A stretch of 64,000 bases of DNA from positions 13,702,001 through 13,766,000 of the forward strand of contig OZ024760.1 of NCBI GenBank assembly GCA_964016885.1, written 5' to 3'. A program made the translations under genes and the position numbers. This DNA comes from Eledone cirrhosa. Taxonomy: Eukaryota. The notes under the pieces are model-generated. The model saw only the letters and a program-made list of their open reading frames with translations. It was not told where the DNA came from and did no database searches. Below are positions 13,907 through 28,281 of the stretch, one piece after another (within the stretch, counting starts at the first letter, position 1; each line of letters starts with the position of its first letter).

Positions 13907-16900
13907 AATATATATTTTGACAAATGCCCAAAACTCCGAGTTGGTACCATCAGTGTAAGCCCAATGAAGGAAGAGCAGGAGAAATCGTAGAGATGCTAGA
14001 GCGAAAAGAAATTGATGTATGCTGTGTGCAAGAGACTAGATGGAGAGGAGGGTCTGCTAGAGTCCTTGTAGGAAAAAGTCAGTGCTGCAAATTTTTCTGG
14101 GTGGGAAATGACGATGGGATGGGTGATGTAGGTATCCTACTAGCTGACAAGTGGGTAGATAAAATAATCTCAGTGAACAGGGTGAATGCAAGAATCATTA
14201 AACTCAGACTAGTCCTGAATAAAACAATTACCACAATAATATCAGCTTATGCACCCCAATCAGAGTTGCCAGACGAACTTAAGCATAGGTTTTACGAGTC
14301 CCTAATGCACACTACTGCTCTAACAAACGAGAATGACTTCCTAATCATTGCAGGAGATTTTAACGGACATGTAGGTAAACACCATGACGGCTTCTATAGA
14401 GTTCATGGAGGCTATGGGGTTGGCACAAGAAATGAAGGATTCAGGCTTCTAGAATTCTGCGACGCCAATGACATGTCGATATGTAACACAAACTTCAAAA
14501 AACCTGACAACCACTTGATCACCTATAGATCAGGGGAGTATTTTAGTCAGATAGATTCTATCCTCATCAGAGGACGTGACAGATGGACGGTCATAAACAC
14601 AAAAGCCTTCCCTAGTGAGGAATGTACCTCCCAACATAGCTTAGTTGTCAGCGACCTCACGGTCAGAACTAAACAAACCTAGAAACAGAAGCCAACCTGG
14701 AGAAGAAAGATCTGGAAGCTGAAAGACCCCTCAGCCAGTAACAGATTTAAAGATATTTTACTCAACGCCTACGACAGTAAAGAAGAACAGATAAATGTAG
14801 AAGAGCACTGGGAGTTCTTAAAAAATAACTTACTAGCAGCGACAGATGAGATCTGTGGCTGGAGTAAGACCACAGGCAGGAGGAGAGTGACTTGGTGGTG
14901 GAACAATAATGTAGGTGAGGCAGTTAAGGCCAAGAGACAGGCATGGAAAGAATGGAAGAACGGGGGAAGCAGGGTACATTATATAGAGACCAGGAGGGAA
15001 GCTAGGCAACAAGTATACTTAGCTAGGAGGGAAGCAAGGGATAGAAAATTCAAGCATGTTTTGCAACGTGAGGACCAGAAACAGGAGGTGTTCAAGATTG
15101 TGAGGCAGTGTGTCAGAGAGAATTGTGATGTCATTGGAGAGAAGTGTATCTGGAATGATAAAGGTGAGCTTGCCCTCACAAGTGCTGAGAAGAAAGATGC
15201 GTGGAAGAACCATTATGATAGATTACTAAATGAGGAGAATGCATGGGAAGAAGAGACCCTACCCCAACTAGACCCTATAGAGGGGCCGGCAGTAGCGTAG
15301 TAAGTCAGCAGCAGCGTAGTAAGTAAGGCAATCAAAGATATGAAGACGGGGAAGGCAACCGGTCCATTGGGTATGGCTGCCGAGATGCTGAAGGCATCTG
15401 GTTCGGTAGGTCACACTGTAACCACACGTATTGTTAACCAGGTAATACTAGGTGTCATACCAAAGGATTGGTGCAGTAGCATCATTGTCAACTGCTACAA
15501 AGGTAAAGGTGATGCACTAGATAGAGGAAACTATAGAGGTATAAAGCTGATGGACCAGGTCATGAAAGTAACAGAAAGAGTTATAGCACAGTTGGTTAGG
15601 GACCGGGTGAAACTAGATGAGATGCAATTTGGGTTTGTGCCAGGAAGTGACACCACTGATGCCCTCTTCCTTGTGAGGCAGTTACAGGAAAAGTACCTAG
15701 CTAAAAGTAAGCCACTTTACCTGGCATTCGTCGATCTCGAGAAAGCCTTTGACAGAGTTCCCCATGCTATAATCTGGTGGGCTCTTAGAAAACTAGGAGT
15801 AGATGAATGGCTTGTGAAAGTTGTACAAGCCATGTATAGGGGAGCAGTCAGCAAAGTTAGGATTATCAATGAGTATAGCGAGGAATTTAGCATACAGGTC
15901 GGTGTCTACCAGGGCTCTGTTCTTAGCCCTCTCCTGTTCATCATAGTCCTGCAGGCAATAATGGAGGATTTTAAGACCGGATGCCCATGGGAACTCCTGT
16001 ATGCAGATGACCTCGCACTTATAGCTGAATCTATGGTAGAACTAGAGAAGAAATTCCAAACATGGAAGCAGGGACTAGAAAGAAAGGGCCTCAAAGTTAA
16101 CCTGACAAAGACTAAGGTCCTTGTAAGTAGACGAGAAAACAGAACCCAGATCCCCTCAGGGAAATGGCCTTGCTAAGTATGTAGGAAAGGTGTAGGTAGG
16201 AACTCCATTCTCTGCCCCAAATGCAAACAATGAGTACACAAGAGATGTAGCGGGATCTCACGAAGCTTAACTAAGAATGTAGGCTTCACATGTAGCAGCT
16301 GTGCTGGGACAGCAAGCACCAAACAACCACAGGAAACAAGTACCACCAATCTCTGGGAGGGCTCTGTAGAAACAGTAGAGAGCTTCTGCTACCTAGGTGA
16401 CTGAATTAGCAGCGGAGGTAAGAACGGGATGGAAGAAGTTCAGGGAGCTACTGCCACTGCTAGCTGCAAAAGGCTTTTCCCTCAAAATGAAAGGCAGACT
16501 GTATGATGCGTGTATACGAACAGCAATGTTACATAGTAGTGAGACCTGGGCGCTGACTGTGGAAGACTTGCGTAGATTAGAAAGAAACAAAGCCTGCATG
16601 CTCTGATGGATGTGTAATAGTAATATACGCGAACGGCAAAGCATAAATGAATTGAGAGAGAGACTGAGCATAAGAGGAATCAAATGCTTTGTGCAGGGGA
16701 GGTGGTTGCGTTGGTATGGACATGTGATGCGTATGAAGGATGACAACTGCATAAAAAGGTGCAGAGCACTAGAAATCGATGGAAACCGCGGAGTGGGGAG
16801 ACCCAAGAAGACCTGGGATGAGGTGATAAAAGCCGACCTTACCCAATTACACCTCTCAAAGGCAATGACACATGACCGTGACCTCTGGCGTCACACAGTA

Positions 16901-19900
16901 ATACAGAAGACCCGACCCCCCCACAAGTACAAGCCAAAGCTGAAACATATAGACAATATGCCCCCACACCCTCCCACTGCAAAGTGGTCGTGGAGGCGCC
17001 ACGGCAAAAAAGCACCCAGCCCACACTGTAAAGTGGACGTGTAGGCGCCATGGAAAGAAAGCACCCAGCACTCACTGTAAATGAGGTTGGTGTTAGGAAG
17101 GGCATCCAGCTGTAGAAATCAAGCCAGAATCAGTTTCCGTATGAGCAAGACATGGTCAGCCGACTGGACACTGCCCACAACAGGACAACTTGTCTAACCC
17201 ATGAAGAACGGACGTAAAACAGTGATGATGATGATGAGGATCAGAGGGTTTGCTCTTCAATACATAAATATATAAATTGTTGAATATAATAAAATGTTTT
17301 AAAGAATATTTACTCTGCATAAATTATGTAGCTTTATGCTAGTGTGGACTTCGACATTCAATAAATAATCATCAATAAAATAAGTAGAAGACAAAAGTAC
17401 TGTCATCAATATAATGAGCTATAACCCTTGAATTCATTGCCCCAGCATGGTCGCAGGCCAATAAATGAAACTATTAAAATCTAAATTTAAAAAAGTAGCT
17501 ACTGCTGAGAGGATTCTTAAAATTTTGGAATTAATTATTGAAGAACAATCAATACACCGCCATTCCCCCTCTCTCCTGGCTAGAATATCCCACCACCACT
17601 AATTCTTACCTTTGAAATATAGGTTAATTATGTTACTTTCTTCAATCTAATCAATATCATTGATTAGGTTGAAGTTTGGTAAGATAGAAATAAACAAACA
17701 TTGTTTCAACAGTTGATCTGTGTGGAGGGGTGCAGGATCTTGCTACAATCTCATATCACCATCACCATCATCATTAGCATCATTTTTACACTTGTCATTT
17801 TTTTCCATAGTTGCATGGGTTAGATCTGTCCTCTCCAGTACAGTGTTAGATCTGTCCTCTCCAGTACAGTGTTAGTACTGTCCTCTCCAGTACAGTGTTA
17901 GATCTCTCCTCTTCAGTACAGTGTTAGTACTGCCCTCTCCAGTACAGTGTTAGATCTGTCCTCTCTTATTCAGCTTACCTCTATAGATCCAACAGGCTTC
18001 TGAACAGTTTCACTGACAAGACACAGGATGGTTATAATGTTTGTTATTCCCTGGTACTCTATCTCCCAGTGGTTCTAGCTTTGAAGATTTTGTTTTCTCA
18101 GGAATCTGAATTTCCAAATAGAACATTCCCATATCACATGATAATCCTTATAACTTGCTGCAATTGAAATGTAAATATTTATTCAAGTCTTTTATTTGGA
18201 TTAGGAAATGGCCATTAAATTAATGTCCCTATCATCATCATCATCATCGTTTAACGTATATCTTCCACGCTAGCATGGGTTTAGATGGGAATTGTCCCAC
18301 GTGCGGCAAGATTGGTTGTCTTGCTCGTATAGGACTGTCTGGCGGGTTTTCTACGGCGGGTTTTCTACGGCTGGATGCCCTTCCTAACACCAACCACGTT
18401 TACAGTGTGGACTGGGAGGTTTTTACCGTGTTACCTACACGGCCACATTACAGCGTGGATTGCGTGTTTTTTTGTCGTGACAACCTCATTTATTTAGGAC
18501 TGGATGTTGTGGTACCAACATAACTTTACAGAGAAAGGGGAGTGTAGATGGGGGTGTATTTTTGTTTTAGAGGTGCCTACTGACTGTAGGTTTCGCTTTG
18601 TACTTAGGGAAGGCGGGTCTTCTGTATTACTGTGTAGCGCCAAAGATCTCAGTCCAGTGACATTGTCTTGGAGAGGTGTAAGTGTGTAAGGTCGGAATTT
18701 ATCAAATCGTCCCACGTTTTTCTGAGTGTGCCTACTCCGTAGCTTCCATCTATTTTGATCGCCCTGCACTTTTTTATACAGCTGTCGTCTTTCATGCGCA
18801 TCACGTGACCATACCAACATAGTCTTCTCTCAGGTAAACATCTGATCCCTCTTATTCCTAATTTCTCACTTAGTTCATTTATGATTTGCCGTTCACGTAT
18901 ATTACTATTACACATCCAGCAGAGCAGGCAAGCTTCGTTCCTCTCCAGTCTGCGCAGATCCTCTGCACACAATGCCCATGTCTCACTGCCATGTAACATT
19001 GCTGTTCATATGCAGGCATCATACAGTCTGCCTTTCATTTTTAGAGAGAAACCTTTAGTGGCCAATAGTGGTATAAGCTCTCTGAACTTTTTCCAACCCG
19101 TTCTGATTCTAGCTACTGTACTTTCGGAGCATCCTCCACCACTGCTGATTTTGTCACCCTGGTAGTGGAAGGTGTCCACTATTTCTATAGAACCATCTGG
19201 GCAATGGAAGGAGCTAGTATCCTGTGGGCACTTACTACTACTTATTGCACCAGAGCACCGGCCACATAAAATCTATGTTCTTAGTTAGCTTACCTGTGAT
19301 CCCACTACATCTTTTATGCACCCATACTTTCCATTTGGGACATAAAATGGAGTTTCTGCCTACTCCTTTCCTACACACTGAGCATGGCCATTTCCCAGAG
19401 GGGACCAGTGCCCTATTTTCCTTCCTACATACTAGAACTTTAGTCTTAGACAAGTTAATTTTAAGGCCTTTTGATTCTAGGCCATGCTTCCAAGTTTGGA
19501 ATTTCTTCTCTAGTTCAGCCATTGATTCAGCTATGAGTGTTAGATCATCTGCGTATAGAAGTTGCCATGAGCAACCGGTCTTGAACTCCTCTGTTATAGC
19601 CTGAAGGGCAATAATAAATAGGAGGGGACTAAGGACAGAACCCTGATGAACACCAATTTTTACGCTAAATTTTTCACTATATTCGTTGTTAATTCTAACC
19701 TTGCTGACTGTTTCTTTATACATGGCTTGTATAGCTCTCACAAGCCATTCATCAACACATAGTTTTCTAAGAGCCCACCAGATAATGGAGCGGGGCACTC
19801 TGTCAAAGGCTTTCTCCAAGTCAACAAAAGCTAAGTATAGAGGTTTACTTTTAGCTAGGTACTTCTGTAGTTGTCGTACAATGAAAAGAGCGTCTGTGGT

Positions 19901-22900
19901 ACTTTTACCTGACACAAACCCAAACTGCATTTCATCTAGATCAATTCGCTCTCTGATTAGTTGCGCTATAACTTTTTCTGTGACCTTCATGACCTGGTCA
20001 ATTAATTTAATGCCTCTATAGTTGCCCCTATCTAGGGCATCTCCTTTACCCTTGTAGCAGTTAATGATGATGCTGCTACGCCAGCCATTTGGTATGACCC
20101 CATTCTGTATGACTTGGTTTACTATCCGGGTGACCATAGTGTGTCCCACCGATCCAGATGCTTTCAGCATTTCAGCAACTATCTCCGAAGGCCTAGCTGT
20201 TTTGCCTGTCTTCATATCTTTGATTGCCTTACTTATGCTACCTTCAACTTGCACTGCTGGTCCCTCTATTGGATCGATTTGGAGCAGACTATCTTTTTCC
20301 CACTTATTCTCCTCATTTAGTAGCTTCTCGTAGTGACACTTCCAAGCTACCTTCTTATCAGTATCAGTGATGGCAAGTATTCCATCATCATTACGGACAC
20401 ACTTCTCCCCGAAAATATCACGGTTTTCCTTGACACATTGTCTAGCAATCCTGAACACTTCACGTTTTTGGTCCTCGTGTTGTAGAACATGCTTGAACTT
20501 TCTTTCTTCTGCTTCCCTTCTTGCAAGGTACACTTGTCTCCTAGCTTCCCTCTTGGCCACTTGATAGTGTTCTCTACTTCCCCCATCCCTCCATACTTTC
20601 CAAGCTTGCTTTTTGGCCTTGATTGACTCCTCCACCTTACTGTTCCACCACCCTGTTACTCTCCTCCTGCCTATTGGTCTGCTCCAGCCACAGATTTCAT
20701 CTGTCGCCTTCAGCAAGTTAACTTTCAGGAATTCCCACTGTTCCTCTATACTGTAAGTCTCTAATTGCTCTTCCTTACTGTCAAAAGCATCAACTAATAT
20801 GCTTTTAAATTTGTTACTGGCTGTGGGGTCCTTTAACTTTCATATTCTTCTTCTGTTGTCAAGTATGTCTCATCTTGACTATGAGGTCACTAACTATGAG
20901 GCTATGTTGGGAGGTACATTCGCAGGGGAGGGATTTAGTGTTTACAACAGACACTTTGTCACGTCTTCTGGTAAGGATATAATCTATCTGACTGGCATGT
21001 TCCCCTGATCTATAGGTGATCAAGTGATTGTCTCGTTTTTTGAAGTTTGTGTTACAGATAGTTAGGTTATTTGCGTCACAGAATTCCAGGATTCTGAAGC
21101 CTTCCTCATTTCTGGTACCAAACCCGTAGCCTCCATGGATTCCGTCACAATGTTGTCCAACATAACCATTTAGGTCGCCAGCAATAATTATGTAGTCACT
21201 GTCGGTTAGTTGGGAGGTAGTGAGCATTAGCGACTCATAGAATCTGTCTTTTATAACGCCAGGCAGTCCAGATTGGGGTGCGTAAGCGGATATTATTGTC
21301 ACAGTAGTTCTATTTAGGACAAGTCTTATTTTGATTATTCTGTCGTTCACTCTATTTACATCAATTACCTTATCTACCCATTTTTCTGCTAACATAATTC
21401 CTACTCCACCCAGCCCATTTTCATTTCCCACCCAGAAAAGTTTATAGCATCGTTTTTTACCCACAAAGAATCTAGCAGACCCATCCCTCCACCTAGTCTC
21501 TTGGACACAGCAAGCATCAACTTCCTTACATTCAAGCATCTCTACAACCTCGTTAGAGCGACCTTTTAAAGTGCCTACATTCATGGTACCAACTCTGAAG
21601 TTTTGAATTTCGTTTGGTGGGTGGAAGGGATGGGTTGGAGGTGTAGGGAGGGGTGAGGGAGATGGGGTTATGTTTGCCATCCACGTCTGAAATAAAGAGG
21701 AATCCTTGCATTTTCGTCCGGCCACATTAGGTGAATTTATCTTTATCTTTGACATTGTCATTTGAGTGTCCAGATTCTTCGTACTCTCCTGAATTCCACA
21801 GTCCACCTAGCATATCAAAGACAACCAGGTTTAAACTTAAGGAGTGAATAGCCGAGGTGGTGGTTTTGTGTAAGAGATAGGTAAGAGAAACATATAAGCC
21901 ACTGAATTATGATTGGACCATCTAATAATGATGGCGAGTGGGGGCGGGGGAGGGATATGGGGAAGTTAACGAGAAGGTTATTTTTTTTTTTTTTATAATC
22001 TAAACCTACAAATTCAACCATAATTTAAACGAACGTATAACAGTAATCATTGTTTAAATACGAGAAGGTTATTAAATGAACGTATAACAGTAATCAGAGT
22101 TTAAATACAAGAAGATTGTTTTTGAGGGTCTGACAGAATTATTGAATAAAATTGAAAGATTGGATTCTAAGTAAATGGACCGTGTAAAACATAGAGAGAC
22201 AAGAAAATGGCGTGAAATACATTACATTTCTCAAACGTCCCTTCAGTAGGGATGAAGATTCGAAGAATTCTGAAATTTTTGACCACCGACGGGTTCATTT
22301 TATACTTGCTGAGAGAGAGAGAGGGAGGCTGTGAGGGGGCCTGTAGGCTTATAAACAATGCATTGGGGGACAGAGTAGAGGAGAAGAAGAAGGAAGAATG
22401 TTCCCAAAAAAGTTATTATAACTAGGTTATTTTTTTTTTTTTATAATCTAAACCTACAAATTCAACCATAATTTTCTTTGTTAAATATCAAACGGACAAA
22501 ATATTTCACTTTGTAATCCTTTAGTTTGTAATTATTCGGAATTGGCAAAAAATTCTTTATTATGAATTGTAAGTGTTTTAACGTGAAAGACAACTGTTGA
22601 ATTATTCCAATAAAGCCCATCATAAATTTGTAATGTTTACCTCCAGAAAATTACAGTTTAATTAATGGATTGCCCCTTTATCAAAATAACTTTGTTTCCT
22701 TGAAGTTTTTTAGGGCTTTTTTTATTTTTAAAATATATTTTCCAATGATCATTGATTTCTAATTTGTTTTGTTTCTGGAAAAATTACTTGTTCAAATTAT
22801 CTATGAAATATTTTCCGGCTTCCATATTTGCCTTCTTCATGGAATGGTTGATACCAAGACTAGTGAGGTTAATGCCATTGATGTTCTCCTCTGAGGAGTT

Positions 22901-23107
22901 AACAGATGTTTTAAGTTTCCAAATATGCCCAATATTCCATTTCAGGTTGTCCAAAATGAAGGAGCATGTCTTTATTTTCCAATTTTTATTTCATTTCATT
23001 TTATTTTTATTTATTTATTCATGTATTTATTTATTGCTTTGGTCAGTATTTTGTGTGAGATGCAGAATCCAAGGCATTCATTCATACCAGATTAGATTTC
23101 TTCTCTG

Positions 23108-23139
<32 letters not shown>

Positions 23140-24267
23140 TACTTATATATAAAATTTTTAAATAATTATTACCAGAAATGGTTTTTATTCTAATTACTAT
23201 TAAGTTGATTAACCCTTTTGTTACTGGATTTCTAATTAAATACATTGCTAATCCATTTTCAGTTAATTTGAAGAATAACCAAACCTTTTGAGGAATTTAG
23301 TGAAATAACTGTTTTCTTATTAAGCTGATGTTAGGAAAAATTTTTTTGATAAAATTATGTCTGGAGTTTTTAACTCTTAACGTCCTGTACCGCATGAAAC
23401 CACATTAGAAAGATGTTCTTTAAAAGTACAAAATAACGCTATGGCTGCATCACATTAAAAATTAAAGTTTTAAGTCAAATACTGCAAATTTTCACAACAA
23501 TCTATTCAGTAGTAACGATGTTATAATTATTTGAAGGACAAACCTGTTTTTAGATATTTTACACTCAATCATTACAGGATGTTAAGAGTTAATATCACAT
23601 TTTGAATATGTTAAAATGGGCAGTTTTGTACCTTAAAAACCACGGCAGATTGGTTGTTATCAAAAGGGTTAATAATAAATGAAGTAAATTTCGCAAGCGT
23701 TCCATTGTATTGATAGTTCTGATCAATAACTTTTGATTCATCTGACAGCAAACCAACAAGAACCCCTGGATTTTCCTCACGGTGAGTGTGTCCACTGTTA
23801 GGCTGCTGGCTTTTCCATTGCCTGGTTTAACAAATGTTTTTCCAATAAGCATTGTCACTGAAAACCTCACTCACTGCACTCAATTTTCTCTTGTTTTCGG
23901 ATTGGAGAAGTCTTAAAAGCAGAATTTTCAGTCCTTCTTACAGAGTTGAAATATTGTTGATTTTCCACAAAAAAAGCTTTCTGTAATTCCTTCAACTTTA
24001 CGGCATCTTGCTTTTTATTTTGTTATTTATTTTTGCATAATTAATACTATTTTTTTTTCTTTTTGTTAGTATAATTTTCATTTTTTTTTTTTTTATATAT
24101 ATTTTCACATTTTGATTAATTAATTAGTCAGGTACATTCAGAGGGAGATTTTTTTAATTATTTTTTATTAATTATTATTTTTACACATTCCATATTAGCT
24201 GTGAGCAATCAATTTTAATTTGCTAGCTTTCAAAATTTAGCTTGAATTTTGCCTTTGTCTTAGCATT

Positions 24268-24333
<66 letters not shown>

Positions 24334-26608
24334 CCTTGCAGAAAATTAAATCATGGTTATTATTATTATTATAAAGTGAGGTGGATTGGCAGAATGATTA
24401 GAGCAAAGGGTAAAATGTTTTGTGGTATTTGTTCTGGCTCTTTACATTTGAGTTCAAATCCTGATCAACTTTGCCTTTCATTATTCTGGGACTTGATAAA
24501 ATAAAGTACCCATTAGATACTGGGGCTAGTATAATCGACCCCCCCCCCCCCTCCACACTTGTTGGTCTTGATCCAAGATTAGAGACGATTATTGTTGCTG
24601 TTTTTCTGCCAAAGTCACCTTTGCCTTTCATCCTTCCAGGAGTCAATAAAACAAAGAGTACCAGTAAAATACTGTGGTTGATATAATCAACTTTCCCTTC
24701 CCAACAAATTACTGGCTTTGTGCCTAAATTTAAAATCCTTATTTCTCCTAAACTGTGGTTATTGCCAGAGAGTTGAAGTGCTTTACAGATAGTTTTTTTG
24801 TTTTTGTTTGATTTTTATTATTAAGAACTGTTGTTGCTGCCTTTTTAATGATATAAGAACTGATCTTGCCTTCCCCTGCCCCTATTTTAGTCAGTTCTAC
24901 TAGCTACTACTAATCTCTACCAATGTGTCTGGCATGCAGTAATATTTTTATAGTATATTTATTTATTGCGCATCTTTGAATATTAATCAACATTCCGTTT
25001 TCTCAGTTTCATTTGAGTTGTTATTTTATCATAAAATATTTACAGTAATATTACAAGAATATGTGTGCATATATATATATATACACACACACTCATACAC
25101 GCACACACAAGTTCTGTCAGATGAGTTGCCAAACCTTTTAAATAAGTTGTGAAGCTGTGAATTACAATTTTACTTTTTAAATTTACTTTGTTTTATTTTT
25201 TCTTCTGACTTACATTAATTAGCATAAATCTTTAACATAATCTATTCTTGGCTTACATTAATTAGCATAATTCTAAGCAAGCTTTTTTTTTTTTCTCTAA
25301 ATAATCAAATCAATATTATATATTTTGTCTGAATCTTTGAGATGGGAATTCTCATTATTATAAACTGATTTATATTCAGACAGGTGTCTCCATCTTGTGG
25401 CTGGTTATTATACACCCTGGCCTTCATATATCGTCACAATTTTGTCAATGTACTTTCAGAAATGGTCACAACATTTCAGCTGTTGTATTCTCATCTATGG
25501 TCACAGTAATTCAGCTGTGATATCCTAAATTATAGTCATAACATTTCTGCTAGTCTGTTCTCTGGTCATCTTCAGAGGTTCTTGTCATGATTAGTAATGA
25601 TTTTGAAATTTTAAGCTGCTTCCTTTTATTGACACAATAAGGAGTAGAATTGTTCTCAGTACATCATTGTTCATGTCTATTATATTCTTGTGTTAATTAG
25701 TCATTACCTGCCTGTTGTGAGTTCAACTCCTCGGATAGTTTGACTTATATATATATATCGTATTTTCTGATGAAGGCTTGCGTCCGAAACGTCAAGGCTC
25801 TTTTCCTACTATATCAAGCGAAAAACTAATATATTTCTTCATTGTACTGTGTCGTTTGCTTTGTTATTTCTGTTTGTCTTTTGTGTACATATATGTGTGT
25901 GTGTCAACAAGGAAAAAAAGACAGTAGAATAATACAATTATGTTATATTAGTTTAATGCTTGATATAGTTGTAGTTTTGGATGCTGGTCTTTCATCGGAA
26001 GAATGAAAGAAGTATATACTTTAGTTTAAGCCTAACAAACAAGGAATCACAAGTGATCATAATTAATAGAAAAATATCCAAGGTTTGGACAATGAAATGA
26101 GAACAATTTACTTCTAATGGTTTGAATAATGGGTTTGGTTTGAAATTCTGGGAACATGGCCATATGTGTACCTGGTTTAGAATAGGTACACTGTATCCCC
26201 TGCATGTCGTAAGATGTGACTAAATGGTTTGGTGTCAGAAAAGACATCTGATTGTAAAACATGCCTCAAAATGTTCTGGCCAACCAAATCCAGCATGGAA
26301 AAGTTGACATGAAAATGATGATTATGATTATCAATATACAAGAGGGACCTGAAGAAGGCTGGGTGTGTTTGTGGTGGTGTGTGTGTGTGTGGGGGGGGGG
26401 GGGGTTACAACAACTAAAACATTATGATTACATCAAGTAAGTTGAAGATATTAGTCTGAATAAATCAGTGTATAATAATAATAATTAATCTTGTATTTTT
26501 TTGTGTTTGTCATTTGGAAGCAATTTGCTATTTTCTAGCAGATTCTGAAGCTGAATATCATGTCTTTACAGATATTTTCTTAATACATCTTTAACTAAGT
26601 ACTCTATC

Positions 26609-26639
<31 letters not shown>

Positions 26640-28230
26640 TATATCAACATCTTCTAAGTGGGTCCTTATTTAGATGAAAATTTTTAATATATAAAATCAT
26701 AAAATCAACATTTGTAATAAATTTATGTAAATTTTCATAAGAAAAAAGTGGCTATGAAAATCGCTGACTTGAAAAAAATTGATTAGTATAAAGCAAATGA
26801 TTCTCTAACAATTGAAATACCTTTAATGTATAATATCTTTATGTTGACTGCTTTAACCCAGCTTTTTGACTAATAAAAAGATTTTTAAATTGTTGAACAA
26901 GTCTCTACAGGGTTTTTTATACTCAACTTGTTCAAATACTACTTTTCATAGTCAAAACCCTGCAATGAAGTAGTTAACTTTAAGCTAACATACTTTTGGA
27001 ATTCATAATTTTCTCAACACTCCTTAAAAATACAAATGCTTATTTACATCTACTGGCCAATAGATAAGGTTTGAAATGCTAGGAAAATTTGTCAGCCCTA
27101 CTTTAGTGTAATTCGTACTGTAGCCATCTGACATATGGCATGCATGAGTTCAAATCCCACAGGCGATGCTGTCCACTTTTTTCATTCTCTAGGGACTTAC
27201 ATGCCCAACTATTTTTCTTATTTAAAAAAACCTATGTTTAACTGAAGATAACTTTAAGCTAACATGTATTCAGTATTCAAAATTTCCTCAACATTTCTTT
27301 AGAAAAAAAAAAACAAAAAATAAAACATATACAATTGTTTATCTTTAATGATGTAAAAATGTTAGAATTTATTGCTATGAATTTGTGAATTGAAGATATT
27401 GTCTGTAAATTTATATTCAGTATAACTTAAAAAAACCTTTTTCTTTATTTTAGTATTGCACCCCTTCCTCACTTCTTTCCAGTCTGTTTTGGTGGCATCT
27501 TTCACAAGACTTTCCTCTTTTCCTTCCTTATACAGTCGACTTGATTTCTCTTCTGTTCACAAATATTTCACCACGCCACTGTTAGATAGAGTTTCTCAGT
27601 TCATAGTTAGTGGGGTGGAACTGTGGAATTGCAATGTCTCTTTCTTTCATTCCTTCCCCCCCCCCCCCCCCCCCCACACCACCACTACCACTTGTTTATA
27701 CCTTTAAATATATCTTTGTTGTTTAACAGAATTCTGAAATATTTTCAAATAATTTACTGTTGATACTCTGTCTCCTCCGACTGTTATTTTTATAAATTCT
27801 AGTTTTGTTTGTTTGTTTTCCTGTATGTATTTTGTTGTTTATATTTTTCCTTTTTATGTTTGCACTGCATGTTAGAGCTAACCCCCCACCCCCACCCCCC
27901 ACCCACCAAGCCCCTCCATAACACCTGACCTGGGATCTGCAGACACCTGGAGGTCATTGAGCCAAATTCAAAATTTGAAGTACTTTGTTAAAACAACACA
28001 CATGCACACATACACCACACACGCACTTCACACACGCACCTCACACACACAACACACACACACCTCACACACATACACACACAACAACACCACACACACT
28101 ACAAACCACATACCACACTACCACACACACACACCACCAAACTACCACTACCACCACACCACACACCATGACACATATTTCAACATGGAGTTTTCCAGTA
28201 TCAACTATCTTCTGTTTCTGTGATATATAT

Positions 28231-28281
<51 letters not shown>

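Noticed and set aside
26349-26430. cctgaagaaggc...caactaaaacatt, a possible hammerhead relic
   Set aside because: The GAAA box is absent and the putative stem II is interrupted by (GT)n/poly-G. Too decayed to support.
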